DNA of 64,000 nucleotides from an uncultured Acidimicrobiaceae bacterium (GTDB taxonomy: Bacteria; Actinomycetota; Acidimicrobiia; Acidimicrobiales; RAAP-2): NCBI GenBank assembly GCA_963836605.1, contig CAWIKB010000008.1, forward strand, positions 135,233 to 199,232, read 5' to 3'. The notes beneath the pieces are model-generated. The model was not told the DNA's origin. It made no database searches and saw nothing but the letters and a program-made list of their open reading frames with translations. This document shows, one piece after another, positions 18,127 to 27,070 of the stretch; the first letter of the stretch is position 1, and every line of letters starts with the position of its first letter. A program made the position numbers and the translations under genes.

Positions 18127-19233
18127 ATGAAGTTCGCCTTGTTCTACGAGATCCCCGTCCCTCGGCCGTGGACGCCCGAGAGTGAATTGACGGCGTACCG
18201 CAACACCCTCGAACAGGCCGTGGCCGGTGACCGCTTCGGCTGGGATGCGTTCTGGACGGTGGAGCACCACTTCTTGGAGGAGTACTCCCACTGCTCCAAC
18301 CCCGAGGTGCTCTACGGTGCCATCGCGGCGCGGACCGAGCGCATTCGGTTGGGCTACGGCGTACGACTCATGCCCAAGCCCTACAACCATCCGGTGCGCA
18401 CGGCCGAGTCGGTGGCCGTGCTCGACCTGATATCGGGGGGCCGGGTGGACCTGGGCACGGGGCGATCGGCCACCCGGGCCGAACTCGAGGGTTTCGGTAT
18501 CGATCCGTCCGAGAGCCGCCAGATGTGGCAGGAGGCCATTGGGCACGTGGTCGGGTGCTGGACCCACGACCAGTACGAGTTCTCCGGGACCCATTGGCAG
18601 ATGCCGCGTCGCCGGGTGCAACCCAAGCCGCTCCAGCAGCCCCATCCACCTCTGTGGGGTGCCACCACCAGCGACGAAGGCCACGCCCAGATGGGGGATC
18701 TCGGGCTTGGCTTGTGCTCGTTCGCCGTCGGCCTCCCTCCCTCAGAAGTGAAGCGGAAGATCGACATCTACCGGGCCGCCGTGGCCACGTGCACGGCACC
18801 GATCGGCGCGTTCGTCAACAACCAGGCCGCCACCTTCACCATGGCCATCTGCGCGCCCGACCGGGACGAGGCCATGGCGAACGCCCGGGAGTCCTTCGAG
18901 TGGTACCCGAAGACGGGGGCCCGCCAGATCGCCACCCTGACCGAGATGATGGCCGAGCGGCATCAGGAGCTTGGCACCTACGCCTATGCCGCCGACATGA
19001 AGAGCCACGACGACCAAGGGATGCTGGACCTCATCTCCCTTGAATACCTCACGGACTCCAACGCCTGCGTCTTGGGCACACCCGACGAGTGTCTGGCGGC
19101 CTGCCAGGCCTACGAAGAAGCCGGTGTCGATCTCCTGCTGTGTCTGGTCAACCCGTTCAAGATCTCGCACGAAGCCGTCATGCAGACCATAGAGCTCATG
19201 GGCACCGAGGTGATCCCTAAGTTCCGGCGTTAG
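18127..19233 (+). CDS. LLM-class flavin/F420-dependent oxidoreductase (luciferase-like monooxygenase)
   Basis: MKFALFYEIPVPRPW...GWDAFWTVEHHFLEEYSHCSNPEVLYGAIAARTERIRLGYGVRL...LDLISGGRVDLGTGRS matches the LLM family. Confidence 0.85.
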   Translation: MKFALFYEIPVPRPWTPESELTAYRNTLEQAVAGDRFGWDAFWTVEHHFLEEYSHCSNPEVLYGAIAARTERIRLGYGVRLMPKPYNHPVRTAESVAVLDLISGGRVDLGTGRSATRAELEGFGIDPSESRQMWQEAIGHVVGCWTHDQYEFSGTHWQMPRRRVQPKPLQQPHPPLWGATTSDEGHAQMGDLGLGLCSFAVGLPPSEVKRKIDIYRAAVATCTAPIGAFVNNQAATFTMAICAPDRDEAMANARESFEWYPKTGARQIATLTEMMAERHQELGTYAYAADMKSHDDQGMLDLISLEYLTDSNACVLGTPDECLAACQAYEEAGVDLLLCLVNPFKISHEAVMQTIELMGTEVIPKFRR

Positions 19234-19238
19234 GTCGT

Positions 19239-19289
19239 CGGAATCCGGAATCCGGAATCCGGGATCCGGGGATCCGGGATCCGGGGTTC
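19239..19289. repeat. degenerate heptamer tandem repeat (CGGAATC/CGGGATC, about 7 copies) in a convergent intergenic gap
   Basis: Read directly: cggaatc cggaatc cggaatc cgggatc cggggatc cgggatc cggggttc. Confidence 0.9.
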
Positions 19290-19339
19290 AGCCCCTGGCC
19301 GAGTGACGGGCGGCACGGTCCCGGCCTGATCGGGGGTGG

Positions 19340-19978
19340 TCAGTAGCGCGCGGGGGTGAACGGTTCGAGCTCGAAGAGGTTCTGACCGAGTTCTATGGAA
19401 CTGCGCAGTCGAGCGGCCAGCAGCCGCATTCGGGTCAGGGGATCGTCTTCGAGGGGAACGATGCCATCCCAGCGACGGTCGTACGGGTCGAAACCGGTCA
19501 GGAGGGAGTCGCCCGGGGCGTCAGCGTCCAGGGCCCGCCGCGCCACTGCCCCCTCGCGCTCCCCGACGACCTGACCTTCCTCGACTTCGAGCCGGAGGAG
19601 CCAGAAGCAGGCGGCGAACAGGACGAAGATCCCGGCCGAGTAGTGAACACCGCCGCGCATCCTGTGCCGATACATGGCCTGGACGCATTTGGCCGGATCA
19701 ATCGCAAAGCATTCGACTTCCAAGAGGGTGATCTGTTCGGGAAACTCGGTAGGCCGGTGGTTCCCGTACCACTCGGGTAGGTCCAGATCTTCGATGCGCA
19801 CGTTCGGTGTCTGTAAGTACTCCAACCGCTCCAGGAAGTCCCGTCGAATCTCCTCCACGTTCCAGGACCGGAAGTCCGAAGGGCCGGCCACGAAGCGCAC
19901 CGCGAGGGAGCCGTCGTCGGACCGCCATTGGCGGAACTTGTCGCGATTCGCGCGTCTGCCGCCATCCGAAGACGTCAA
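19340..19978 (-). CDS. hypothetical protein / probable C-terminal domain of the upstream Sel1-repeat protein
   Basis: 212-aa ORF with protein-like composition and a hydrophobic core segment (GIFVLFAACFWLLRL). It begins at TTG inside the tail of the Sel1 ORF. No family was recognised. Confidence 0.55.
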   Translation of the reverse strand: MTSSDGGRRANRDKFRQWRSDDGSLAVRFVAGPSDFRSWNVEEIRRDFLERLEYLQTPNVRIEDLDLPEWYGNHRPTEFPEQITLLEVECFAIDPAKCVQAMYRHRMRGGVHYSAGIFVLFAACFWLLRLEVEEGQVVGEREGAVARRALDADAPGDSLLTGFDPYDRRWDGIVPLEDDPLTRMRLLAARLRSSIELGQNLFELEPFTPARY

Positions 19979-20681
19979 AGGTGATCGACTCCAGATCGCG
20001 ATCAGAGGAGATCTTGGTGCGCAACGACTCCAGATTCGCGTCGCCCTGGGGCACCCCCGCTTCCGCGGCTCGCCCGAACCAGGCCTCGGCTCCCCGGAGG
20101 TCGCCGATGTCCTGACGCAGCAGGCCCAGGTCGATCATCGTGGCGGTGCTCCCCCCCTCGACGGCTCGCCGGAACCAGGCTTCGGCGCCGTCGAAGTCGT
20201 CGTTGCCCTTGAGCAGGTGGCCGAGGTTGTGCATGGCCACGGTGTTCCCCATGCCGGCGGCGCGCACATACCACATCTCGGCGCCGCCGACATCGCCCTT
20301 CTCGCTGAGCAACATGCCGAGATTGGACATGGCGGACGCGTTCCCGGCCCGGGCCGCCCACCGGTACCACATCTCGGCGCCGCGGAGATCGCCTTGCGCC
20401 TTGAGGATGAGGCCGAGGTTGGACATGGAACTGGCCTGGCCATTCTCGGCGGCTCGTCGAAACCAAGTCGTCGCCCCTTTGAGATCGCCCTTGCCGCTGA
20501 GCACGAGACCGAGGCGGTGCATGGCATCGGCATCGCCCTGGCGTGCCGCCCGCAGGTACCACGCCTCGGCCGCCTCGAGATCGCCCCGCTCGGCCAACAT
20601 GAGGCCGAGTTTCACCATGGCCCCGGTGTCCCCCTGATCGGCCGTCTTGGTGACTTCGTCGACTTCGTCACCATGGCTCAC
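19698..20681 (-). CDS. Sel1-like repeat (SLR/TPR-like) protein; the last ~95 codons of this ORF look out of frame
   Basis: Six to seven ~36-aa repeats of the form AMxxLGxLLxxxGDxxGAExWYxRAAxxG. After ...DLESITFD the translation becomes Arg/Pro-rich and overlaps the 19340-19978 ORF by 281 nt. Confidence 0.75.
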   Translation of the reverse strand: MSHGDEVDEVTKTADQGDTGAMVKLGLMLAERGDLEAAEAWYLRAARQGDADAMHRLGLVLSGKGDLKGATTWFRRAAENGQASSMSNLGLILKAQGDLRGAEMWYRWAARAGNASAMSNLGMLLSEKGDVGGAEMWYVRAAGMGNTVAMHNLGHLLKGNDDFDGAEAWFRRAVEGGSTATMIDLGLLRQDIGDLRGAEAWFGRAAEAGVPQGDANLESLRTKISSDRDLESITFDVFGWRQTRESRQVPPMAVRRRLPRGALRGRPFGLPVLERGGDSTGLPGAVGVLTDTERAHRRSGPTRVVREPPAYRVSRTDHPLGSRMLCD

Positions 20682-21062
20682 GATGCCGCCCGGACGATCG
20701 GGTGCCTTGACGGGCGAGCCGCCTTCCGAGCTTTCGCGCGGGCGGCCACCAGGCGATATTCGATGGCGGCCGTTCTCGTGTTGGTCATATCGTTTGTTGT
20801 CGATCGCCGCTCGCGACTCGTTGGCCTGGTCCTTACTGACTGGTTCATGCTCGTCGTCAGGCGCCGCGGCAATGTCGCGACCGCTCGTCGCGACTGCTCG
20901 TCGTGCTTCCCGACCTCCTATAGGGAGAACTGGGCTGGCGGGTCAAGCTTTCGCAGTTGTTGGCCCCGGCGTCGACTTGCCCACACCCTGGGAGAACGCG
21001 CAAGCGAACTGAGCGCGACTCGGCGCGCGCGAGATGAGGCCAAGAGCCGGTGTGAACCCGCG

Positions 21063-22037
21063 TCAGGGGATCAGGGCGACCTTGCCCACCGCTCGCCGCG
21101 CCAACAGGTCGTCGAGCGCGGTTCGCACCGCCTCGAGGGCATAGGTGGTCGGCTCGACCGGGCTGATGCGATCGTCCGCCACCATGTCCAGCAGATCACC
21201 CAGCAGGGCCTGTTGGTCGCGGTGGTGCTGCATGGCCCAGATCCCCCAATCGATACCCAGCACCGCCCGGTTGCGCAGCAGGACCTGGTTGAGGGGGATA
21301 CGGGGTATGTCGCCCGACGCGAAGCCGATCACCAGGTAGCGCCCACCGTCGCCGAGGGCTCGCAACGACGGCTCGGCGGCCGGACCTCCGACGGGATCGA
21401 TGGTGACGTCGACCCCGGTCCCGCCGGCCCAGGCCCGCACCTCGTCCTTGATCGATGCCGTCGTGGTATCGATGACCGCTTCGGCTCCGGCACGCAGCGC
21501 CGCTGCTCTCTTGTCGGCGCTCGATGCCGCGCCGATGACCCGGCACCCGAGCGCGCGCGCCACGGCGATGGCGGCCAGGCCGATGCCGCCGCCGGCGCCG
21601 AGCACGAGCACGGATTCGCCCGGTTGCACCCGGGCCCGGTCGCGCAACGCGAAGAGGCACGTGCAGAAACTCTGGGTGAACGTGGCCGCTCGCGGCGCGT
21701 CGAGTCGGCCGGGGATGGTCGTGATCGAGCCGGCGGGGACGACCACGTGGCTGGCGAACCCGCCCAGCCCGGTAGAGGCCATCACGCGTTGCCCGACCGT
21801 GATCCCTTCGACGCCCTCGCCCACGGCCACCACACGCCCGGCGATCTCGCTCCCCGGGGTAAAGGGCAGCGGAGGTTTGATCTGGTAGTGACCGGCGATG
21901 AACAGGCCGTCGACGAAGTTGACGCCCGCTGCTTCGACTGCGATGACGACCTGCGATGCCGCGGGCTCGGGGTCGGGCCGCGCTTCGACCCGCAACAACG
22001 AAGGGGGTCCCAGTTCTGAGCAGATGACGGCGCGCAT
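21063..22037 (-). CDS. NADPH:quinone oxidoreductase / zinc-type alcohol dehydrogenase family (MDR)
   Basis: MRAVICSELGPPSLLRVEA...AAGVNFVDGLFIAGHYQIKPPLPFTPGSEIAGRV...VLVLGAGGGIGLAAIAVARALG matches the Qor-like MDR family. Confidence 0.88.
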   Translation of the reverse strand: MRAVICSELGPPSLLRVEARPDPEPAASQVVIAVEAAGVNFVDGLFIAGHYQIKPPLPFTPGSEIAGRVVAVGEGVEGITVGQRVMASTGLGGFASHVVVPAGSITTIPGRLDAPRAATFTQSFCTCLFALRDRARVQPGESVLVLGAGGGIGLAAIAVARALGCRVIGAASSADKRAAALRAGAEAVIDTTTASIKDEVRAWAGGTGVDVTIDPVGGPAAEPSLRALGDGGRYLVIGFASGDIPRIPLNQVLLRNRAVLGIDWGIWAMQHHRDQQALLGDLLDMVADDRISPVEPTTYALEAVRTALDDLLARRAVGKVALIP

Positions 22038-22069
22038 GGGCGGTCACGATAGCGGCCCGAGCGCGCCGC

Positions 22070-22146
22070 TCAGCGAACAGAACGGCGCGCCGGTCAGCGG
22101 ACAGAACGGCGAGTAGTTCGCGCAACGGAACGGCGAGCAGAACGGG
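22070..22146. repeat. direct repeats (CAGAACGGCG-containing, ~24-bp period) in the divergent promoter gap
   Basis: tcagcgaacagaacggcg (22070-22087), tcagcggacagaacggcg (22094-22111), gcaacggaacggcg (22122-22135) and agcagaacggg (22136-22146). They lie between the qor-like start (22037) and the GNAT start (22156). Confidence 0.7.
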
Positions 22147-22155
22147 TCGAGAGCG

Positions 22156-22656
22156 GTGCGGTACCGTCGATCGGTGCGTGACGTCCGGCCGGCGCGACCC
22201 GAAGAGCTGGCGTTCCTGCCGGACCTCGAGGCGGCGTCCGACACCCTCTTCCTGTCCCTCGACATCGGCCCCTTGCCCCCTCCCGGCACGGTCGACGAGT
22301 TGCGGGGCGCGCTGGTGGTCCTGGTCGCCGGCGAGCCACCGGTTGGCTTCGCCCGGATCGACCGTCTCGGCGGAGGCGCTCATCTGGAACAACTCGCCGT
22401 GCACCCCGACCACGGGCGACAGGGCATCGGTCGGGCCCTGGTGCGATCGGCGTGTGGCTGGGCCGAGAAGGCGGGGCATGCCGAGATCACGTTGGCGACC
22501 TACCGCGACGTGCCCTGGAACGGTCCGTTCTACGCGTCGGAGGGGTTCGTCGAGGTCGGCCCGGCCGACGAGTGGTTCGTCGCGCGCGGCGCGTCCCGGG
22601 AGGCCCCGGTCATGTCCCGCTTCGGGACCCGGGTCGTCATGCGTCGTCCCCTGTGA
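22156..22656 (+). CDS. GNAT family N-acetyltransferase
   Basis: The acetyl-CoA binding core LEQLAVHPDHGRQGIGRALVRSACGWAEKAGHAEITLATY is present. GTG start. Confidence 0.8.
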   Translation: MRYRRSVRDVRPARPEELAFLPDLEAASDTLFLSLDIGPLPPPGTVDELRGALVVLVAGEPPVGFARIDRLGGGAHLEQLAVHPDHGRQGIGRALVRSACGWAEKAGHAEITLATYRDVPWNGPFYASEGFVEVGPADEWFVARGASREAPVMSRFGTRVVMRRPL

Positions 22657-23254
22657 GCTCGGGATAGCGGAAGCAGCTGACCAGGTGGTCGTTGACCAGC
22701 CCGGTCGCTTGGAGATGGGCGTAACAGACAGTCGGTCCGACGAACCGAAAGTCCCGTTGGCGCAGGTCGGCACTCACGGCTTCGGAGATGGGCGTGGTGG
22801 CCGGGATCTGTTCGGTGCGGCGCCATTTGTTCACTTTGGGACGCCCGCCCACGAAGCGCCACAAGTAGTCGTCGTACGATCCGAATTCGTCCTGCACGGC
22901 CAGGAAGGCTCTGGCGTTGCGCACCGCGCTCTCCACCTTGGCCCGGTTGCGGATGATGCCGGGGTCCAACAGGAGCTTCTGGACCCGCCTGGGCGTGAAG
23001 CGGGCCACCTTCTCGGGGTCGAACTCGGCAAAGGCCCGCCGATAGGCGTCGCGCTTCTTGAGCACGGTGAGCCAGCTCAACCCGGCCTGCGCCCCCTCGA
23101 GCACGAGGAACTCGAAGTGGGTGCGGTCGTCGTGCACCGGAACGCCCCACTCGGTGTCGTGATAGGGGATGTGCCAGGGGCCCGTGGCCCACCCGCATCG
23201 GGTGCGCCCGTCGGGCACGAACTCGTCCGGGGAGACGGCGGGGGACGGGGTCAC
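22637..23254 (-). CDS. tag: DNA-3-methyladenine glycosylase I
   Basis: RCGWATGPWHIPYHDTEWGVPVHDDRTHFEFLVLEGAQAGLSWLTVLKKRDAYRRAF...RFVGPTVCYAHLQATGLVNDHLVSCF is characteristic of Tag. GTG 23254 overlaps the upstream stop (GTGA). Confidence 0.88.
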   Translation of the reverse strand: MTPSPAVSPDEFVPDGRTRCGWATGPWHIPYHDTEWGVPVHDDRTHFEFLVLEGAQAGLSWLTVLKKRDAYRRAFAEFDPEKVARFTPRRVQKLLLDPGIIRNRAKVESAVRNARAFLAVQDEFGSYDDYLWRFVGGRPKVNKWRRTEQIPATTPISEAVSADLRQRDFRFVGPTVCYAHLQATGLVNDHLVSCFRYPELTGDDA

Positions 23255-23856
23255 CCGTGCAGAATAGGGGAGAGGTGTTCGGGCCTGACCCGGAACAGGA
23301 CGTGCGGGCGGAGCGGGCTGACCGCCGGCAGCCCGGGGTGGTCGAAGTCCCCTCGGAGGTCGCGCGCCATGCCGATCCGGGTCATGACGGCCTGCGAGCG
23401 CCGGTTGAGGGTGGTGGTGAAGGCCACGATCTCGGTGAGAGACCCGGGGCCGAAGCCGTAGCGCAGGGCGGCCGAGGCCGCCTCGGTGGCGTAGCCGAGG
23501 CCCCACTGCTCGGGAGCCAACCGCCAGCCGATCTCGACTGCCGGGGCGCAGGGGAGGGCGGCGGCGACCCGGTGCAGGCCGACCAGTCCGATGAACGTCG
23601 GGCCGCCGGTCACTTCGACGGCCCAGAAGCCCCAGCCCTCGCGCTCGAGCTCGCTCGAGTAGCGCTCGACCATGGCCTCGCTCTCGGCCCGTGTGGGCGA
23701 GGACCCGAGCGACTCGACCACCGACGGGTGGGTGTTGAGGGCGGCGAAGGGGGCCAGATCTCCCGGCTGCCAGGGTCGAAGGAGCAGCCGGTCGGTGGCG
23801 ACGGTGGCGACGGTGGCCGTGGGGCTCAGCCCTTCTGGGCCTGCTCGGCCGCCCAC
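23251..23856 (-). CDS. GNAT family N-acetyltransferase (RimJ/RimL-like)
   Basis: DRLLLRPWQPGDLAPFAALNTHPSVVESLG...WAVEV...FIGLVGLHRV...VEIGWRLAPEQWGLGYATEAASAALRYGF. The GTG 23856 start overlaps the FadD 3' end by 31 nt, so the start is uncertain. Confidence 0.78.
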   Translation of the reverse strand: MGGRAGPEGLSPTATVATVATDRLLLRPWQPGDLAPFAALNTHPSVVESLGSSPTRAESEAMVERYSSELEREGWGFWAVEVTGGPTFIGLVGLHRVAAALPCAPAVEIGWRLAPEQWGLGYATEAASAALRYGFGPGSLTEIVAFTTTLNRRSQAVMTRIGMARDLRGDFDHPGLPAVSPLRPHVLFRVRPEHLSPILHG

Positions 23857-25499
23857 CGGTAGTCGGCCTTGCCCGACGGCGAGCGCTGGATCTGCGCCAC
23901 GAAGATCACTTCCTTGGGCAGCTTGTAGCGGGCGATGAAGCCCGATGCATGGTCCACGATGGAGTCACCGTCGGCATCGGCACCCTCGGCCAGCTGGACC
24001 ACCGCCACCACTTCCTTCCCCCAGCGCTCGCTGGGACGACCGGCGACGACGACGTCCGCCACGGCCGGGTGGCCGGCGATGGCCCGCTCGACCTCTTCGG
24101 CGAAGATCTTCTCGCCGCCGGAGTTGATGGTGACCGAGTCCCGACCCAGGAGCTGGATCTGGCCGTCGGCCAGGTGGCGGGCCCGGTCGCCGGGAATGGA
24201 GTAGCGCACGCCGTCGATCACCGGGAAGGTGCGGGCCGTCTTGTCGGCGTCGCCCAGATAGCCCAAGGGAATGTTCCCGGTCTGGGCCAGCCACCCGTTG
24301 CCCCCGTGCCCTGGTTCGAGCACCGTGGTCAAGGCTTCGTCCACCACCACCGTGCCCGGACCGGGCAGGAAGTTGCCCGCCGCGCCGTCCTTGCTCGTGA
24401 CCACGAACATCTGGGCGCCGGTCTCCGAGGAGCCGCCCGAGTCCGAGATGAGCAGTTTGGGCAGCCGGGCCAGGGCCAACTCGCGCACGGCGGGCGTCAG
24501 CGGCGCCCCGCCGTTGCCCACGGCATAGAACGAGGAGAGGTCGTAGTCAGCCTTGTCGAGCTGCATGACCAGGGGCCGGAGCACGGCATCGCCCACGATG
24601 GTCATGGAGTTGACCTTCTCGCGTTCGACGGTGCGCCACACATCGTCGGGGTCGACCCGGCGTGGGTCGTCGGGGAAGACCAGGGTCGCGCCCTGGGCCA
24701 TGAGCATGAAGGCGGCCCATTGCGCCGCGCCGTGCATGAGCGGGGGGAGCAGCATGAGCTTGATCGGAACGCCGTCGGTGAGGCGCTCGGTGATGCCCTC
24801 GTAGCTGGTCACGATCTCCCAGGTGCCGACCTTCCGCCCTCCCATGGCGGCCATGAAGATGTCGTGCTGGCGCCACAGCACGCCTTTGGGCATGCCGGTC
24901 GTCCCACCCGTGTAGAGGATGTAGAGGTCGTCGGCCGAGGGCTCGACCGGCACGTCCTCGGGTGACGAGGCGGCCAGCGCCGTCTCGTAGTCGACGGCGC
25001 CCGGAACGAGGTCGTGGCCCGAATCGTCGGCCACCTGCAGGAGGACGTCGGGCGGGGCATCGAGGGTGGGCAGCACCTCGGCCAACACCGGGGCCAGCGA
25101 GGCGTGGAGGACGAGGGCCCGGGGCCGGGCGTCGTTGAGCAGGTACCGCAGCTCCTCGCCGACGTAGCGGTAGTTGACGTTGAAAGGGGCGACCCGGGCG
25201 CGGTAGGAGCCCAGCATGCCCTCGAGGTACTCGTTCCCGTTGTAGAGCGCCAGGGCGAGGTGATCCTGCCCGGACTCGTGACCGGCCAGGTGCGCCCGCT
25301 CGGTGCGCACGCCGAGACCCTGGACGTGCAGGTACGAGGCCAGCCGCCGCGACCGGTCGGCCAGATCGCCATAGGTGAGGCGCCGGTCCTTCCACACGAT
25401 GCACTCCCGGCCGGCCAGGGTCTCGACCAAGGTGTCGAAGGCCCGGGTGAGGTTGAACTGGACCGTGGTCTCGGGGGTGGGGGTATCGGTTGAGGGCAC
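23826..25499 (-). CDS. acyl-CoA synthetase (AMP-forming; FadD-like fatty-acid-CoA ligase)
   Basis: AMP-binding motif LYTGGTTGMPKGVLW, plus ...GYLGD..., SGGEKIFAEEVE and the C-terminal KLPKEVIFVAQIQRSPSGKADY. GTG 25499 was chosen. The rest of the 1018-aa ORF upstream is antisense to the ALDH gene. Confidence 0.85.
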   Translation of the reverse strand: MPSTDTPTPETTVQFNLTRAFDTLVETLAGRECIVWKDRRLTYGDLADRSRRLASYLHVQGLGVRTERAHLAGHESGQDHLALALYNGNEYLEGMLGSYRARVAPFNVNYRYVGEELRYLLNDARPRALVLHASLAPVLAEVLPTLDAPPDVLLQVADDSGHDLVPGAVDYETALAASSPEDVPVEPSADDLYILYTGGTTGMPKGVLWRQHDIFMAAMGGRKVGTWEIVTSYEGITERLTDGVPIKLMLLPPLMHGAAQWAAFMLMAQGATLVFPDDPRRVDPDDVWRTVEREKVNSMTIVGDAVLRPLVMQLDKADYDLSSFYAVGNGGAPLTPAVRELALARLPKLLISDSGGSSETGAQMFVVTSKDGAAGNFLPGPGTVVVDEALTTVLEPGHGGNGWLAQTGNIPLGYLGDADKTARTFPVIDGVRYSIPGDRARHLADGQIQLLGRDSVTINSGGEKIFAEEVERAIAGHPAVADVVVAGRPSERWGKEVVAVVQLAEGADADGDSIVDHASGFIARYKLPKEVIFVAQIQRSPSGKADYRWAAEQAQKG

Positions 25500-25628
25500 G
25501 GCGGGAACAGTACAAGCCAGGGCGGGTCGCGAGCCGGGCTCGGCGTCAGTGCCCGCCTCGGCGCCGGCGACCCGGCCGAGATCGGGGACGGTTCCCGGGG
25601 TCGTCGGATCATCGGCAAAGATGCAGCC

Positions 25629-27005
25629 GTGGAGAAGGGCGAACCAGGCACCACCGTCGTACGCAATCCGGCCACCGGAGACGTCATCACCGAGCTCCCG
25701 CCTCTCGCCGAACCCCAGGTCGACGCGGCCATCGGGCGGGCCACCGCGGCCTCGGCGCCTTGGCGGGCCATGGCGCCGGGCGATCGTGCCCGGCTCCTGC
25801 GCCGTTTCGCGGCCGAGATCGACGCCCGCCGCGAGGAGCTGGCCGCCCTCGAGGTGGCCAATGCCGGGCACGTGATCGACAACGCCCGCTGGGAGGCGGG
25901 CAACGTGCGCGACGTGGTGGAGTACTACGCCGCCGCGCCCGAACGCCACAGCGGACGGCAGATCCCGGTGCCCGGAGGCGTCAACCTCACCTTCTACGAG
26001 CCTGTGGGCGTGGTGGGGATCATCGTGCCCTGGAACTTCCCGATGGCCATCGCCGGCTGGGGGTTCGCACCGGCCCTTGCGGCCGGGAACACCGTGGTGC
26101 TCAAGCCGGCGGAGCTGACCCCGCTCAGCGCGTTGCGCATAGGGGAATTGGCGCTCGAGGCCGGGCTCCCCGAAGGGGTGCTGCAGATCCTGCCCGGGAA
26201 GGGCAGCGTGGTCGGGCAACGCTTCGTCACCCACCCCGACGTCCGCAAGATCTGCTTCACCGGCTCGACCGAGGTGGGGCGGACCATCATGGCCGGTTGC
26301 GCCGACCAGGTGAAGCGGATCACCCTCGAGCTGGGAGGCAAGAGCGCCAACATCGTCTTTGCCGATGCCGACGTCGCGTTGGCCGCCGCCCGCGCCCCCT
26401 ACGGCGTCTTCGACAATGCCGGGCAGGACTGCTGTGCCCGTTCGCGCATCTTGGTGCAACGCTCGGTCTACGACGAGTTCATGGCGCGGCTCGAGCCCGC
26501 CGTGGCCGGGGTGGTGGTCGGTGACCCCACGAATGAGGCGACCGAGATGGGGCCCCTGATCTCGGCCGCCCAGCTGCAGAGCGTGGCTTCGTTCGTGCCC
26601 GAGGGAGCGCCGGTGGCGTTCCGGGGGACCTGTCCCGAGGGCCCGGGCCACTGGTTCGCCCCCACCGTGCTGGCGCCGGTCGACCCGGGGGACCGGGCGG
26701 CCACCGAGGAGATCTTCGGACCGGTCGTGGTCGTCATCCCCTTCGAAGACGAGGCCGACGCCGTCCGGTTGGCCAACGACACGCCCTACGGCCTGTCGGG
26801 GTCGTTGTGGACCCGTGACGTCGGCCGGGCCCTCCGGGTGGCCCGGGCGGTGGAGACGGGGACGCTGTCGGTGAACTCCCACTCCTCGGTGCGCTACTGG
26901 ACCCCGTTCGGCGGGGCCAAGCAGTCCGGCCTCGGCCGCGAGCTCGGCCCCGACGCCCTGGACTCCTTCAGCGACGTGAAGAACGTCTTCATCAGCTCGG
27001 AATAG
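25629..27005 (+). CDS. NAD(P)-dependent aldehyde dehydrogenase
   Basis: VGVVGIIVPWNFPMAIAGW, the LELGGKSANIVF glutamate motif, the catalytic Cys region FDNAGQDCCARSRILV, and EEIFGPVVVVIPFEDEADAVRLANDTPYGL. Confidence 0.9.
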   Translation: MEKGEPGTTVVRNPATGDVITELPPLAEPQVDAAIGRATAASAPWRAMAPGDRARLLRRFAAEIDARREELAALEVANAGHVIDNARWEAGNVRDVVEYYAAAPERHSGRQIPVPGGVNLTFYEPVGVVGIIVPWNFPMAIAGWGFAPALAAGNTVVLKPAELTPLSALRIGELALEAGLPEGVLQILPGKGSVVGQRFVTHPDVRKICFTGSTEVGRTIMAGCADQVKRITLELGGKSANIVFADADVALAAARAPYGVFDNAGQDCCARSRILVQRSVYDEFMARLEPAVAGVVVGDPTNEATEMGPLISAAQLQSVASFVPEGAPVAFRGTCPEGPGHWFAPTVLAPVDPGDRAATEEIFGPVVVVIPFEDEADAVRLANDTPYGLSGSLWTRDVGRALRVARAVETGTLSVNSHSSVRYWTPFGGAKQSGLGRELGPDALDSFSDVKNVFISSE

Positions 27006-27070
27006 CGCAGAACGTCTTGATCAGTTCGCAATAGGTCGGAAGAACAGAAGAACAGAAGAACAGGAGAGCC

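Noticed and set aside
20678-20872. 64-codon basic ORF (MPRRLTTSMNQSVRTRPTSRERR...) whose TGA overlaps the GTG of the Sel1 gene (GTGA).
   Set aside because: The coupling geometry is suggestive. However, the ORF has a TTG start, noticeably lower GC3 than neighbouring genes, extreme Arg/Thr bias and no recognisable fold. I could not support it as a gene from sequence alone. It is worth a proteomics or ribosome-profiling look only.
19674-22019. 781-aa ORF on the plus strand. The same applies to 643-2199(-), 16717-18684(-), 31371-33932(+), 34094-35815(-), 39293-41038(+), 59864-61390(-), 62612-63934(-) and many mid-size ORFs in the track.
   Set aside because: These are shadow ORFs typical of high-GC DNA. 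The translations are Arg/Pro/Gly/Ala-rich with no motifs. They lie antisense to, or out of frame with, genes that have clear family signatures.
25500-26882. Upstream extension of the FadD ORF to 1018 aa.
   Set aside because: This part is antisense to a complete aldehyde dehydrogenase gene and has no AMP-ligase features. The family-typical N-terminus begins at GTG 25499.
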